A DNA stretch of 31,185 nucleotides from a virus (IMGVR_UViG_3300030098_002072:1-31185), one strand, 5' to 3'. Shown: positions 8,699 through 16,845, counted from the stretch's first letter. The notes: a model not told the origin generated them from the sequence alone. A program made the numbers and translations.

Positions 8699-8730
8699 AA
8701 AAAACCTGCTCATATAGCAGGTTTTTTTTT
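8699..8730. terminator. bidirectional intrinsic terminator, copy 2
   Basis: AAAAAACCTGCT-catat-AGCAGGTTTTTTTTT between convergent units. Confidence 0.85.
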
Positions 8731-8930
8731 GCTCAATACCAATTTCACTTACACCACTTTTTACCGCGTTTTTTGGTCCTATTTTTACCAAGTTTCTAAC
8801 CTTGCTTCAATTATCAATTTTTACTCACTGTAATATTTTGAACATTTTTATTAACTAATTTTTTGCAAAATTTAGCGCGCAACTCCAAATTCTTTATATT
8901 ATATGCCACCGGGTATTTTTTTTATATATA

Positions 8931-9143
8931 TCACTGGCGGGTAAATTTTTTTTTCATTTTGTTTGTCCAGGCTAGTTTCTTTCGGATGTGCCAACGCATA
9001 AAACAACCATCTAAATTCTTAACTCTAAGATCATCAAACCAGTTCAAAATTGCGCCACATTCCAGCTCGTCATCATACTTTCTTGCGAACGCGCACAACT
9101 TATCAGCGTTTTTTGAGTATTTACAAAATTCACTCATAATCAC
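8931..9143 (-). CDS. small Cys-containing hypothetical protein
   Basis: 70-aa ORF co-oriented with the replication operon. Confidence 0.55.
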   Translation of the reverse strand: MIMSEFCKYSKNADKLCAFARKYDDELECGAILNWFDDLRVKNLDGCFMRWHIRKKLAWTNKMKKKFTRQ

Positions 9144-9154
9144 TGAAAGTGCGA

Positions 9155-9385
9155 GGAATGGGAATTTGGAGAATATGGAGAATTTGACTCTCTCTCTCCT
9201 CTATAAACTCACTGCGAACATATTCTCTTTTAGCATACCAATGAGAATTTGCACTGCCTAGTTTTGCGAACAAATTCCCCATATTCTCCATATTCTCCAT
9301 ATTCTCATCGTCCGCTATTTTGCAGTTTTGCGAACAAATTCTCCAAATTCCCCATATTCTCTTTTTGCGAACGTTCGCGCGAACA
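9155..9385. repeat. 9-bp repeat array, putative replication origin
   Basis: About 12 copies of CA(A/T)ATTC(T/C)C in both orientations plus repeated GCGAAC, directly 3' of primase-helicase. Confidence 0.7.
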
Positions 9386-9386
9386 C

Positions 9387-11228
9387 CTATAAAAAATCAT
9401 CAATTTCAGTGCGCTTAATAAAATATTCACCATGCCTTAACTTGCCAATCAAACCTTGATCTTCCAACTTATCGATCCAGTTTGAAACCGCATTATTACT
9501 ACTCAAATTCATTTCACTTTTAAGAGCTTCCGCAAACTGTGACCGCGAGAAATTATCTCCATCAGTTTCAATCGCATCTAGCAACCTGGTTTCCGGTGAC
9601 TCCTCACTATCCAAATACCAAAAACTCTCATTCTTCGGCAATGGCTTTATATATTTCAGCGCCAGTGTATCTTTAGTACCATCAAACTTAATCCCAAGCG
9701 CTACATCGTGATAGTCACTAGCCGTCCTTGTCTTAGTAATCTTAAACACTTTCAAATCTTTATGCTTACCAGTATTGGCCACCTGCACCAGATTATCTAG
9801 CCAATTAACGTAAGTGCTGCCACCATACACCATAAAATGATCCAGTGGTTGCTTCTCGGCCATCTTCTTATGATGCGATACCATAACCATAGCTATCTTA
9901 TAGCGTAACTTTAACTCTGTAATCCTGCTCAACAATTCTTGCAGCTTATCATTTTTATCCATAGCAATATCAGAACTTGTATATAAATTATCAATCACCA
10001 ACACATCATAATCACCAGTCATTAGATTCTTTTCAATAGTAACATAAGCATCGCTAAATAACTTATGCTCATCAAAACTAGCTATCTTAAAGTTTTTGTT
10101 TAAGTACTCGCGACACGTCGGATATTCTTCGATTAGGTAACGCATCTGCTTATCAAGTCTTTCTTGCATCATCTGGTCCAACATCTCAAACTGCACAAAC
10201 AAGACCTTCCTTGGCTTGTGTATCACAAACTGGCCCATGAACGGCACTCCCATTGCAATACTCACACCAAGCTGAAGCGCTAACACACTTTTACCTACAT
10301 TACTCATACCGCTAATTCCAGTGGTCCCACTTTCAAGCAGGATCTCATCGCATATATATTGTACTGGCGGTAAATCTCGTGCTAAGAAATCATCAGCAGT
10401 AAACACTTTCGCAGCGCCCAACTCATCTGCACCAAACACTTGAGCCGAATCCATTAGTGTCATAAGGTCACTCGCAATGTGGCCATCAGCAAAATAGTCT
10501 GTTAAATCATACTGATTCGGATATTCACTTCCCCACTTTATAATTTTAACCACACGGTCTTTTTTATAGAGCGCTTTGGCAACTTTCTCAGCTCCTTCTC
10601 TCCCCGCATTGTCATTATCAAAACAGATCACAATATCTTTATATTTATCTAGTACCGCTAAATTTTTAGGCAGTGCGCCTGCACCACTGGTGAAAGTGAT
10701 AGCAGGCACACCATGACAGTTTGCGGTTATAGCATCTTTTTCGCCTTCACAAAGCAGCAAGGTAGGTGTGTGTTGGGAGATGAGGATAGGAAACACCTTG
10801 CACTCTGCATCGCCAAACTGTATGCCTTTGTGATACTTGACGTGATCTTCAGTAATTTTAAATACCAGTTGCAACTTCTGATTCTTGTCGCGCCTAATGC
10901 CTATATCATAATCAAGCGCATTTTCATTCCAAGGTAGTCGCATCTCTTTAAATATTTGTTCGTAATGATCTAAAAAACGTACCCGCGCGTCATCGTAACC
11001 AGACTCATCCAGGCGCTCAAACATCTTAGTGCGTATTCGCAGCTTTACTTCATCGCTTACAATTTTGTTATCTTCTGTAAACCAATTCTTTTTGCACCGA
11101 TGGCAGTGAGCAAAGTCTGGATTAACTGATATGCAGTAATCGTTCTTCTCAGATTGTACACACTCCGCAGGCGGATCCGATGGACACTTTGCTCGCGTGC
11201 CATTACGGTTTAATTGATCAAAGTTCAT
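9387..11228 (-). CDS. primase-helicase (Zn finger, TOPRIM, RepA/AAA_25-like helicase, C-terminal wHTH)
   Basis: CP...CHRC, CEGEKDA, CFDND, Walker A GMSNVGKS, Walker B LVIDN, SHHKK, GGS. Confidence 0.9.
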   Translation of the reverse strand: MNFDQLNRNGTRAKCPSDPPAECVQSEKNDYCISVNPDFAHCHRCKKNWFTEDNKIVSDEVKLRIRTKMFERLDESGYDDARVRFLDHYEQIFKEMRLPWNENALDYDIGIRRDKNQKLQLVFKITEDHVKYHKGIQFGDAECKVFPILISQHTPTLLLCEGEKDAITANCHGVPAITFTSGAGALPKNLAVLDKYKDIVICFDNDNAGREGAEKVAKALYKKDRVVKIIKWGSEYPNQYDLTDYFADGHIASDLMTLMDSAQVFGADELGAAKVFTADDFLARDLPPVQYICDEILLESGTTGISGMSNVGKSVLALQLGVSIAMGVPFMGQFVIHKPRKVLFVQFEMLDQMMQERLDKQMRYLIEEYPTCREYLNKNFKIASFDEHKLFSDAYVTIEKNLMTGDYDVLVIDNLYTSSDIAMDKNDKLQELLSRITELKLRYKIAMVMVSHHKKMAEKQPLDHFMVYGGSTYVNWLDNLVQVANTGKHKDLKVFKITKTRTASDYHDVALGIKFDGTKDTLALKYIKPLPKNESFWYLDSEESPETRLLDAIETDGDNFSRSQFAEALKSEMNLSSNNAVSNWIDKLEDQGLIGKLRHGEYFIKRTEIDDFL

Positions 11229-11895
11229 CTTGCAAGCGGGAAAGATTTACAATATTGTCAAATGCTTTAATACCTGCTTCTATTTTTTCTCTTTTAATTA
11301 TATGCTGATGAAACTTTAATTCTTCTTTCTCAAATCTGAGTACCATACCATACATCGGCTTGAGTCCTTTTTTCTCGCGAGCTTCTTTACTGGCTTTTGG
11401 ATATTGATCTTCAAACATCTTTATATATGCACCTAACTGTATCTTATGCTCTTTATACAGATACTTACTTGTCTTCCAGTCTAGCATAATCAGATCATCA
11501 CCGATTGAGCCTATACAATCTGCCGTGCCACCAACGCGCCAGGCTTCATCTACCAGTTGCATTTCGCTCTTATGTGGCTTGAATTTGACTTTCTCTGACC
11601 ATTCTATATAACCACCAAACGCAATCATAGCTTGCTCAGTTTGATTGCGGCTAAAGTCGCGCGTATCAATGTCCAGTCCTTTCTGGTGTCCTTCAATGAG
11701 CAAATGAACTAGCGTGCCGATTTGACCTGCTTCTCTCAGCTCTTCTTTGTCGTCTATACCTTCAAGGCACATTCTCCTGGTCCAATTAAGCAGCGCTTGT
11801 TTATTCCAACCTAGTTGCGATCCAATGAGTGTAGTTACACTTTTTACTTTTGAGCCGTCTTTTAACTTATAAACTGGCCTTCTCTTTTTTGCCAT
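11218..11895 (-). CDS. PD-(D/E)XK exonuclease (Cas4/RecB-like)
   Basis: SVTT, GTLVH, E...GGTAD....LDWKTS, QL.AY. Confidence 0.85.
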   Translation of the reverse strand: MAKKRRPVYKLKDGSKVKSVTTLIGSQLGWNKQALLNWTRRMCLEGIDDKEELREAGQIGTLVHLLIEGHQKGLDIDTRDFSRNQTEQAMIAFGGYIEWSEKVKFKPHKSEMQLVDEAWRVGGTADCIGSIGDDLIMLDWKTSKYLYKEHKIQLGAYIKMFEDQYPKASKEAREKKGLKPMYGMVLRFEKEELKFHQHIIKREKIEAGIKAFDNIVNLSRLQDEL

Positions 11896-11989
11896 TATTC
11901 CTATCCTTTCTCATTTGAATTACCACACACAATAGCCAACCTATAAACAAGGCTATTATTACCAGGTATATTGTGATAAAACTTTTCAT
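11867..11989 (-). CDS. 40-aa membrane peptide
   Basis: MKSFITIYLVIIALFIGWLLCVVIQMRKDRNNGKKEKASL read by hand. Confidence 0.45.
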   Translation of the reverse strand: MKSFITIYLVIIALFIGWLLCVVIQMRKDRNNGKKEKASL

Positions 11990-12036
11990 TAATTAATTCT
12001 TACCCGCACGGCTGCTACCACCACCTTATTAACCAT

Positions 12037-12906
12037 TTAAGCATTTTTGCGGGTAATGTATTTAAATATTTCATACGCACACTGTGGCACTATTGCGTTT
12101 CCGAGTCCTTTAAGTCGGTCCACCCGATTGGGTATCCCATTAGCCACTCTACCCAGTTCGGGTTCAGTGTGCCAGTACCCGTGTTTCGGACTTCTTGGCA
12201 ATTGCCTAGCATTCTCTGCATTTTTCCAGTCGGTTTGCCTGCCGCGTCTTCGTTTGCGGTTGGAGTCGGAAACATTTTTGGTTCTTCCATTGCTTCTCGT
12301 AGCTTTACTTCGTCCGCTAGATATAATTGCTTTCCTTTTGCTTTGCGCTCTAATCTTGCTTTCATGTTGTTGTAGGTTCGCGTTCCTCTCTCCATATTCG
12401 CATCCGGAGTGCGCCACAATCCAGATACGTTTGCGGTTGTGCCACGCTCCAACATCGGCAGCCGATACAATAGTCCACGACGCATCATACCCGATTTCGG
12501 TAAGATCTGCAATGACTCTGACTCCTCCTCGAACAGTGAGCATTGGAACATTTTCAATGAGTGCGTATCTTGGTCGTACTTCGCTAATGACTCTAAGCAT
12601 TTCAAACCAAAGACCGGATCGTGTTGTTTCTCCAGTTTTTTCATTGATTAACGACTTCCCATGACCGGCAATAGAAATATCCTGGCAAGGAAATCCACCA
12701 GTAATGATGTCAATATTTTTGAACTGATTTCCATCCAGTGTCGTAATATCTTTATATATTGGTACACCGGGGAAATTTTTATTTAGCACTTTGTGGCAAT
12801 AGGTATCAATCTCACAAAAGCCAACGATGTCAAGCTCGTCGCCCCACACCCACGATGCTGCCAGTGAGAATCCACCAATACCGCTAAATAAATCAAGAAG
12901 TCGCAT
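12037..12906 (-). CDS. C5 cytosine DNA methyltransferase, alpha polypeptide (motifs I-VIII and X)
   Basis: LDLFSGIGG, GGFPCQDIS, ENV, H.RKRIWIVA, RLKGLGNAIVPQ; no motif IX in this frame. Confidence 0.9.
   Translation of the reverse strand: MRLLDLFSGIGGFSLAASWVWGDELDIVGFCEIDTYCHKVLNKNFPGVPIYKDITTLDGNQFKNIDIITGGFPCQDISIAGHGKSLINEKTGETTRSGLWFEMLRVISEVRPRYALIENVPMLTVRGGVRVIADLTEIGYDASWTIVSAADVGAWHNRKRIWIVAHSGCEYGERNANLQQHESKIRAQSKRKAIISSGRSKATRSNGRTKNVSDSNRKRRRGRQTDWKNAENARQLPRSPKHGYWHTEPELGRVANGIPNRVDRLKGLGNAIVPQCAYEIFKYITRKNA
12090..12644 (-). CDS. nested +1-frame methyltransferase beta polypeptide (motif IX)
   Basis: 184 aa inside alpha; WRTP, FPTP and LNPNWVEWLMGYPIGWT (motif IX-like). Confidence 0.8.
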   Translation of the reverse strand: MKKLEKQHDPVFGLKCLESLAKYDQDTHSLKMFQCSLFEEESESLQILPKSGMMRRGLLYRLPMLERGTTANVSGLWRTPDANMERGTRTYNNMKARLERKAKGKQLYLADEVKLREAMEEPKMFPTPTANEDAAGKPTGKMQRMLGNCQEVRNTGTGTLNPNWVEWLMGYPIGWTDLKDSETQ

Positions 12907-13324
12907 TGCGTTCTAAAATAATTAATTTGTGTATTTTTGTTATACCGCATTGTTTCCATCCCGCTCTTTTAAAACAGTATCCAGGATTATCTGATTTGAT
13001 TTTTTTTGCATTGACGTAGGTATAGTGCCTTTGATTAGGCCAGATTGCATCAGCAATTGCATCCGCTTCTTGAATAAGTTTGCTGCTTTGTGTCTTTGAT
13101 TCGTTTCTAAATACTGCACAATTCACACCATCTTGACCAGAGTCATTAATAAAATTTCTCCATACAAACATTGCATCTGCTTCCCACGTTCTAAGCACCA
13201 ATTTTTCACCTGGTCCAACAAATAATTTTTGCTCTCTGCCGTCAGCATATTGTTTATAAGAATAATGTTTCTTAAATAAATCCATGCAGTATTCATCACC
13301 GTCCTTTGTTAAGTACCAATGCAC
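12893..13324 (-). CDS. Mom-like GNAT-fold DNA modification protein (putative)
   Basis: HY near N-terminus and YTYV....S.NPGYCFKRAGW..G.T; overlaps the MTase start. Confidence 0.5.
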   Translation of the reverse strand: MHWYLTKDGDEYCMDLFKKHYSYKQYADGREQKLFVGPGEKLVLRTWEADAMFVWRNFINDSGQDGVNCAVFRNESKTQSSKLIQEADAIADAIWPNQRHYTYVNAKKIKSDNPGYCFKRAGWKQCGITKIHKLIILERNATS

Positions 13325-13524
13325 CTACTACACTGTTTTCTTTTTTTACCATAACTAACAAAGTTGCGGTAGTGCTTTTCTATGTACTTATTTTTCTTAT
13401 CTTTTATTTTTCTGTCATACACTATTGATTCCCAACAGTGACCACAACTTTTACAATAAAAGATCTTTTCATCAGCAGCTTTCGCATCATTAGACCACTG
13501 ATTTATTCTTTTTTCACAATGCAT
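13309..13524 (-). CDS. small zinc-ribbon protein
   Basis: CKSC...CSRC. Confidence 0.65.
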   Translation of the reverse strand: MHCEKRINQWSNDAKAADEKIFYCKSCGHCWESIVYDRKIKDKKNKYIEKHYRNFVSYGKKRKQCSRCIGT

Positions 13525-13723
13525 TTATTATTTCCTCGGTTATATCATGCTCTTTGCCATTTGTAATTCTGTTGGCAAAAAACACTTTACTGTTTCTTTT
13601 TAGTTTGATTAATTCTTTTATTTGAAACAAAAAACTTGAGTATGTTTCAGCTTCCACGATCTGATCGCACCACTCTCCATCGTAATTATCATATTCTACT
13701 GATCCTGCGTAGTTGACTTTCAC
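13514..13723 (-). CDS. hypothetical protein
   Basis: GTG start overlapping the upstream TGA (ORF track extends to 13756). Confidence 0.6.
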   Translation of the reverse strand: MKVNYAGSVEYDNYDGEWCDQIVEAETYSSFLFQIKELIKLKRNSKVFFANRITNGKEHDITEEIINAL

Positions 13724-14112
13724 GAAACTGGAAACTCCATGTATTGGTAGAACCACTTTCGCTTTTCATTTTGTGAATTTCTAGCGCGATGTATTGCTAG
13801 TGTAATATGGTTCTCATTATTGTATCTGACGTAGGCCACTTTCTCTAGTGGCGCAAAATACACTGCAATTACATCTATAGAGCGCTTATCTATATATTTG
13901 TGTAGTTTTATCTCAATACTGCTTTTGGTCTTATAAGTCAGAACAGTTTTAACCTGGACACGGTGCAACTTCCCATGACACTCAACCAACATATCTACAT
14001 TTGCGTCATCGCAGACTGGCACATATACATTTAAATCTTGATTTAACAGATCTTCAATCACTCGATTCTCACCAATAATGCCTTTACGCACCGTTGTCAG
14101 ATCTTCTCTCAT
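13720..14112 (-). CDS. PD-(D/E)XK endonuclease
   Basis: KG..GE, VDMLV, RVQVKT, D..AVY. Confidence 0.75.
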   Translation of the reverse strand: MREDLTTVRKGIIGENRVIEDLLNQDLNVYVPVCDDANVDMLVECHGKLHRVQVKTVLTYKTKSSIEIKLHKYIDKRSIDVIAVYFAPLEKVAYVRYNNENHITLAIHRARNSQNEKRKWFYQYMEFPVS

Positions 14113-14624
14113 TTTAATATTTCACCATCAAACAATCCGCCATGCTTCTTGTACTGAATAAATAAACTGTTTAGTGAGTGTAACTGAGATTGTTCTAATG
14201 TATAGTTGGGACCATAACCCATATCTTTAATGTTATAGTCTTGTAGAAATTCTGCTGCTCTGACACCGCCTAATATTGTAAAGGTTGGAAATGACGCATG
14301 AACCAGTATATACATATCAGCATCACTGACTTTCTTTTTTGTTTTGGCTTGTAAATATCCAGGATTAAATGTTGTGGTCTTTACATCGATCGTAGTGCCA
14401 TATACTGTTAGATCGTAACCGCGTCTATGTGGTCCAATAGATAAATCCGGATAAGTGTTAAAGTATTTGGCAACGGCTATTTCACCGCCAGTGCCAATTA
14501 TATCTGGATCAAGTTTTCGACGACCGTTGGAGTTGACTCCATTTGTCTGGTTCTGAACTAATCGGCCCATTCCATTCAGAGTTGCCATCTGCATCTCTGT
14601 CTGGTTTAGTGTTATTGTTATCAT
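14109..14624 (-). CDS. restriction-like PD-(D/E)XK fold protein
   Basis: G..GE.AVA, GYDL, IDVKTT, D.YILV. Confidence 0.65.
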   Translation of the reverse strand: MITITLNQTEMQMATLNGMGRLVQNQTNGVNSNGRRKLDPDIIGTGGEIAVAKYFNTYPDLSIGPHRRGYDLTVYGTTIDVKTTTFNPGYLQAKTKKKVSDADMYILVHASFPTFTILGGVRAAEFLQDYNIKDMGYGPNYTLEQSQLHSLNSLFIQYKKHGGLFDGEILK

Positions 14625-14952
14625 TAGTATCCTCGGTGTATGTGGTTTGTTGTTCGTGATCTAATGCTGCAGCAAGTATTGCATAGTTAAAACTGTCTAT
14701 ACATCTGCTATAAAAGTTTTCATCTGAATATTGTGTATTTGTTTTAGCGTGAGTACACATTGCATCATCGCCTTTACTTTTGTAGACCATCAATGCCTGC
14801 ATTGGTGTGACACCAACGCGCCTTGCAACTGACTTAAAATTTTTAAGTTTGTCATCGTTATTAGATGTGTATTCAATTGATTTAGCATCGCTGACTGCAA
14901 TTGCGTCTTGAATAAACTTTTCTCTGAATTTGTTAAATGCCTTATTTGACAT
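14509..14952 (-). CDS. MazG-like / DUF1599-type nucleotide-modification-associated helical protein
   Basis: K..EY....D.L.NF......G....D..NY..L pattern; start taken as MSNKAF. Confidence 0.5.
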   Translation of the reverse strand: MSNKAFNKFREKFIQDAIAVSDAKSIEYTSNNDDKLKNFKSVARRVGVTPMQALMVYKSKGDDAMCTHAKTNTQYSDENFYSRCIDSFNYAILAAALDHEQQTTYTEDTNDNNNTKPDRDADGNSEWNGPISSEPDKWSQLQRSSKT

Positions 14953-14978
14953 TGAGTATTGTTTTTTCAACATTAGCA

Positions 14979-15188
14979 TTAACACTCCATATCGTTTTGT
15001 ATTCCTTTTTTTGGCGCATCAATTTTTCTTAAAATTTTATCTGTAACTTGCTCTGCAATTGATAGCCGAGTCTCACTACTAGATAAATCAATACTTACCT
15101 TGGAATACTTTTTTAAAATGTCGTAGACTGCTTCACCTACGACTTCAACTAATTTTGAACGCGGAGTCAAGGCTGAACCCACCTGCAC
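14979..15188 (-). CDS. hypothetical protein
   Basis: 69-aa ORF in operon; start uncertain (GTG or TTG). Confidence 0.6.
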   Translation of the reverse strand: MQVGSALTPRSKLVEVVGEAVYDILKKYSKVSIDLSSSETRLSIAEQVTDKILRKIDAPKKGIQNDMEC

Positions 15189-15203
15189 GAACCTGGATTT
15201 TGA

Positions 15204-15533
15204 TTACTTGTCATTTCTGACTCCGCGTAATTTTTGAATAAGCTCTGTCATTAAATCTTCACTGAACACATATAGCCATTTCTTATGATCACCTCTAAGC
15301 GCAACCACATTGGCATTTTTAAAAAACTTGTATATTGAAAAGCGTTTGTATCGCTTTACTTGAATCAGCATTAATAATTCATCAATGCTTGCTTTTATAT
15401 CTATATCTGGACTTTCGCCCAACGCTCTGCCATCGCTACCAAATGCGCGCTGCACTTTGACTCCGAGGTCGCGCAAATAATGCACGACCTCATTTTCGCC
15501 CGAATATCCTTTACGGCCAGATTTACTTGGCAT
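15204..15533 (-). CDS. Holliday junction resolvase (archaeal Hjc-like)
   Basis: S.RKG..GENEV, R..GS, PDID, IQVKR. Confidence 0.75.
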   Translation of the reverse strand: MPSKSGRKGYSGENEVVHYLRDLGVKVQRAFGSDGRALGESPDIDIKASIDELLMLIQVKRYKRFSIYKFFKNANVVALRGDHKKWLYVFSEDLMTELIQKLRGVRNDK

Positions 15534-16072
15534 TAGAAAGGCAACTCAGTGTCTTCTACTGCGCCTTCTTCAGTTTTTAATATACTTCCACCTGCAATGT
15601 ATGCGTCAAAATCAATTTTAGGCTCAGTCTCTTCCCATGCCTTTTTGCATTCTGGTCTTTGAGGTTCTGGCTTGCAAGGTGTCACAGTATACAGTGTTCC
15701 ATCCTTGCCTTCGCCTTGCCTTTTCACCATAATGTCGTATTCAGTGCAAACACCCCAATCTTTACTATAGTTTAATTGATCAATCGTAGTCAAGATTGTT
15801 TTTTGATGTATGCTAATGAATTTAATTGCACCATCTACCCATATTGGAACTAAAGCAAAGTAGCGTGGCTTTTGATCACCTTTTTGCGCCAGTGCATTTT
15901 TAGATCTAAGTGGCGCACCGCTAGCTAATCTTAACTCCTTGCTCCAATCTTCATAGCCTTGCATCCAGTCTCCAACAATGCGAAATCTGTTGTCGCCAGG
16001 TTGGAATTTGTAATAAAGGCTAGAAGAGTCACTTTCGGGTATTGTAATGTTTGATAATGGATCTGATCCCAT
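15533..16072 (-). CDS. putative single-stranded DNA-binding protein
   Basis: Y.K...G.N.FRI, YDI.V.R.GEG..T.Y.V.P, acidic tail ending ELPF. Confidence 0.6.
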   Translation of the reverse strand: MGSDPLSNITIPESDSSSLYYKFQPGDNRFRIVGDWMQGYEDWSKELRLASGAPLRSKNALAQKGDQKPRYFALVPIWVDGAIKFISIHQKTILTTIDQLNYSKDWGVCTEYDIMVKRQGEGKDGTLYTVTPCKPEPQRPECKKAWEETEPKIDFDAYIAGGSILKTEEGAVEDTELPF

Positions 16073-16132
16073 TGTAATTTCTCCTGTTGTCTATCTTTAC
16101 AGAATGTGGTGTTCTGTTTAGGTACGAGGAGC

Positions 16133-16366
16133 CTAGTTCACGCTAGGCTTCTCACTTTTTATAACTTCATAACCACGTCTGTCAATTAACGCTTCAACGC
16201 GCGCCAACGTATCCATATCAACGACTGAACGTATACCAATATCACTTGTAATAAGTTTGTTGGTTCGTCCAGGAATGAATGTTTGTTTATTGTTTAATAA
16301 CTTTGCAACCTCACTTGCAAAGCGTATACGCTCTTGCCTATCCTTAATTCTTACGGTGTAAATCAC
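16133..16366 (-). CDS. hypothetical protein (77 aa, probable GTG start)
   Basis: GAGAGG RBS before GTG ATT TAC; the extension to ATG 16414 lies inside an RNA stem-loop. Confidence 0.6.
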   Translation of the reverse strand: MIYTVRIKDRQERIRFASEVAKLLNNKQTFIPGRTNKLITSDIGIRSVVDMDTLARVEALIDRRGYEVIKSEKPSVN

Positions 16367-16367
16367 C

Positions 16368-16443
16368 GAGCAGCACCTCTCGGCAGTAGTAGTGGTAAGT
16401 GGATAGACATACATAGAAACCGAGGTAAACGTAGGTGCTGCTC
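16368..16443 (-). ncRNA. candidate structured regulatory/antisense RNA element
   Basis: 11-bp stem GAGCAGCACCT/AGGTGCTGCTC, inner stem CTCGG/CCGAG, loop containing ATGTATGTCTATCC. Confidence 0.5.
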
Positions 16444-16456
16444 TTTTGCGGAGTTT

Positions 16457-16654
16457 TTATTTTGTTTCAATAGTCTCAATTTTGTCCAAACTTGAAATTT
16501 TAATTAATGTCCTATTACCGTAGCATTTTAGTATCAATTCTAAATTTTTTAAATTACGCTTTCTAAGTTCCAATGCGCTCATTAAACTGCGCTTTGAAAC
16601 ACCTAAGTAGTTAGCAGCTTCAGTTGTGTTTAACCAACCTTTCATTGTGGCCAC
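16457..16654 (-). CDS. excisionase-like HTH DNA-binding protein
   Basis: WLNTTEAANYLGVSKRSL...G.RTLI. Confidence 0.75.
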   Translation of the reverse strand: MATMKGWLNTTEAANYLGVSKRSLMSALELRKRNLKNLELILKCYGNRTLIKISSLDKIETIETK

Positions 16655-16845
16655 TCTATTTGATCTATTGTTCTATCTAAGACAAGCGCAATCTTACTTT
16701 TCCACTTCATAAGAAACGGTCTTCTACCGTTCATCATGTCAGATAAATAACCACCAGAAACGTGTATATATTTCGCCAGTTGATTTTGACTTAAATTGTT
16801 TTCCAACATTCTAAGGCCAAGTGGTTGTTTGTGAAAATGTTTCAT
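16642..16845 (-). CDS. Cro-like XRE HTH regulator
   Basis: LSQNQLAKYIHVSGGYLSDMMNGRR; divergent from repressor; start MKHFHK. Confidence 0.8.
   Translation of the reverse strand: MKHFHKQPLGLRMLENNLSQNQLAKYIHVSGGYLSDMMNGRRPFLMKWKSKIALVLDRTIDQIEWPQ

Noticed and set aside
8863-9261. 132-aa plus-strand ORF
   Set aside because: TTG start, crosses the repeat array (ENMEN repeats) and is antisense to a more plausible gene.
9367-9378. LexA (Cheo) box
   Set aside because: GAAC and GTTC are adjacent, lacking the N4 spacer, and the site is not at a promoter.
9155-9385. CRISPR array
   Set aside because: Repeats are 9 bp, tandem and have no unique spacers; no cas operon, and the Cas4-like nuclease is an ordinary phage exonuclease.
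12047-12664. 205-aa plus-strand ORF
   Set aside because: Antisense to a double-coded region with no recognisable motifs; likely shadow ORF.
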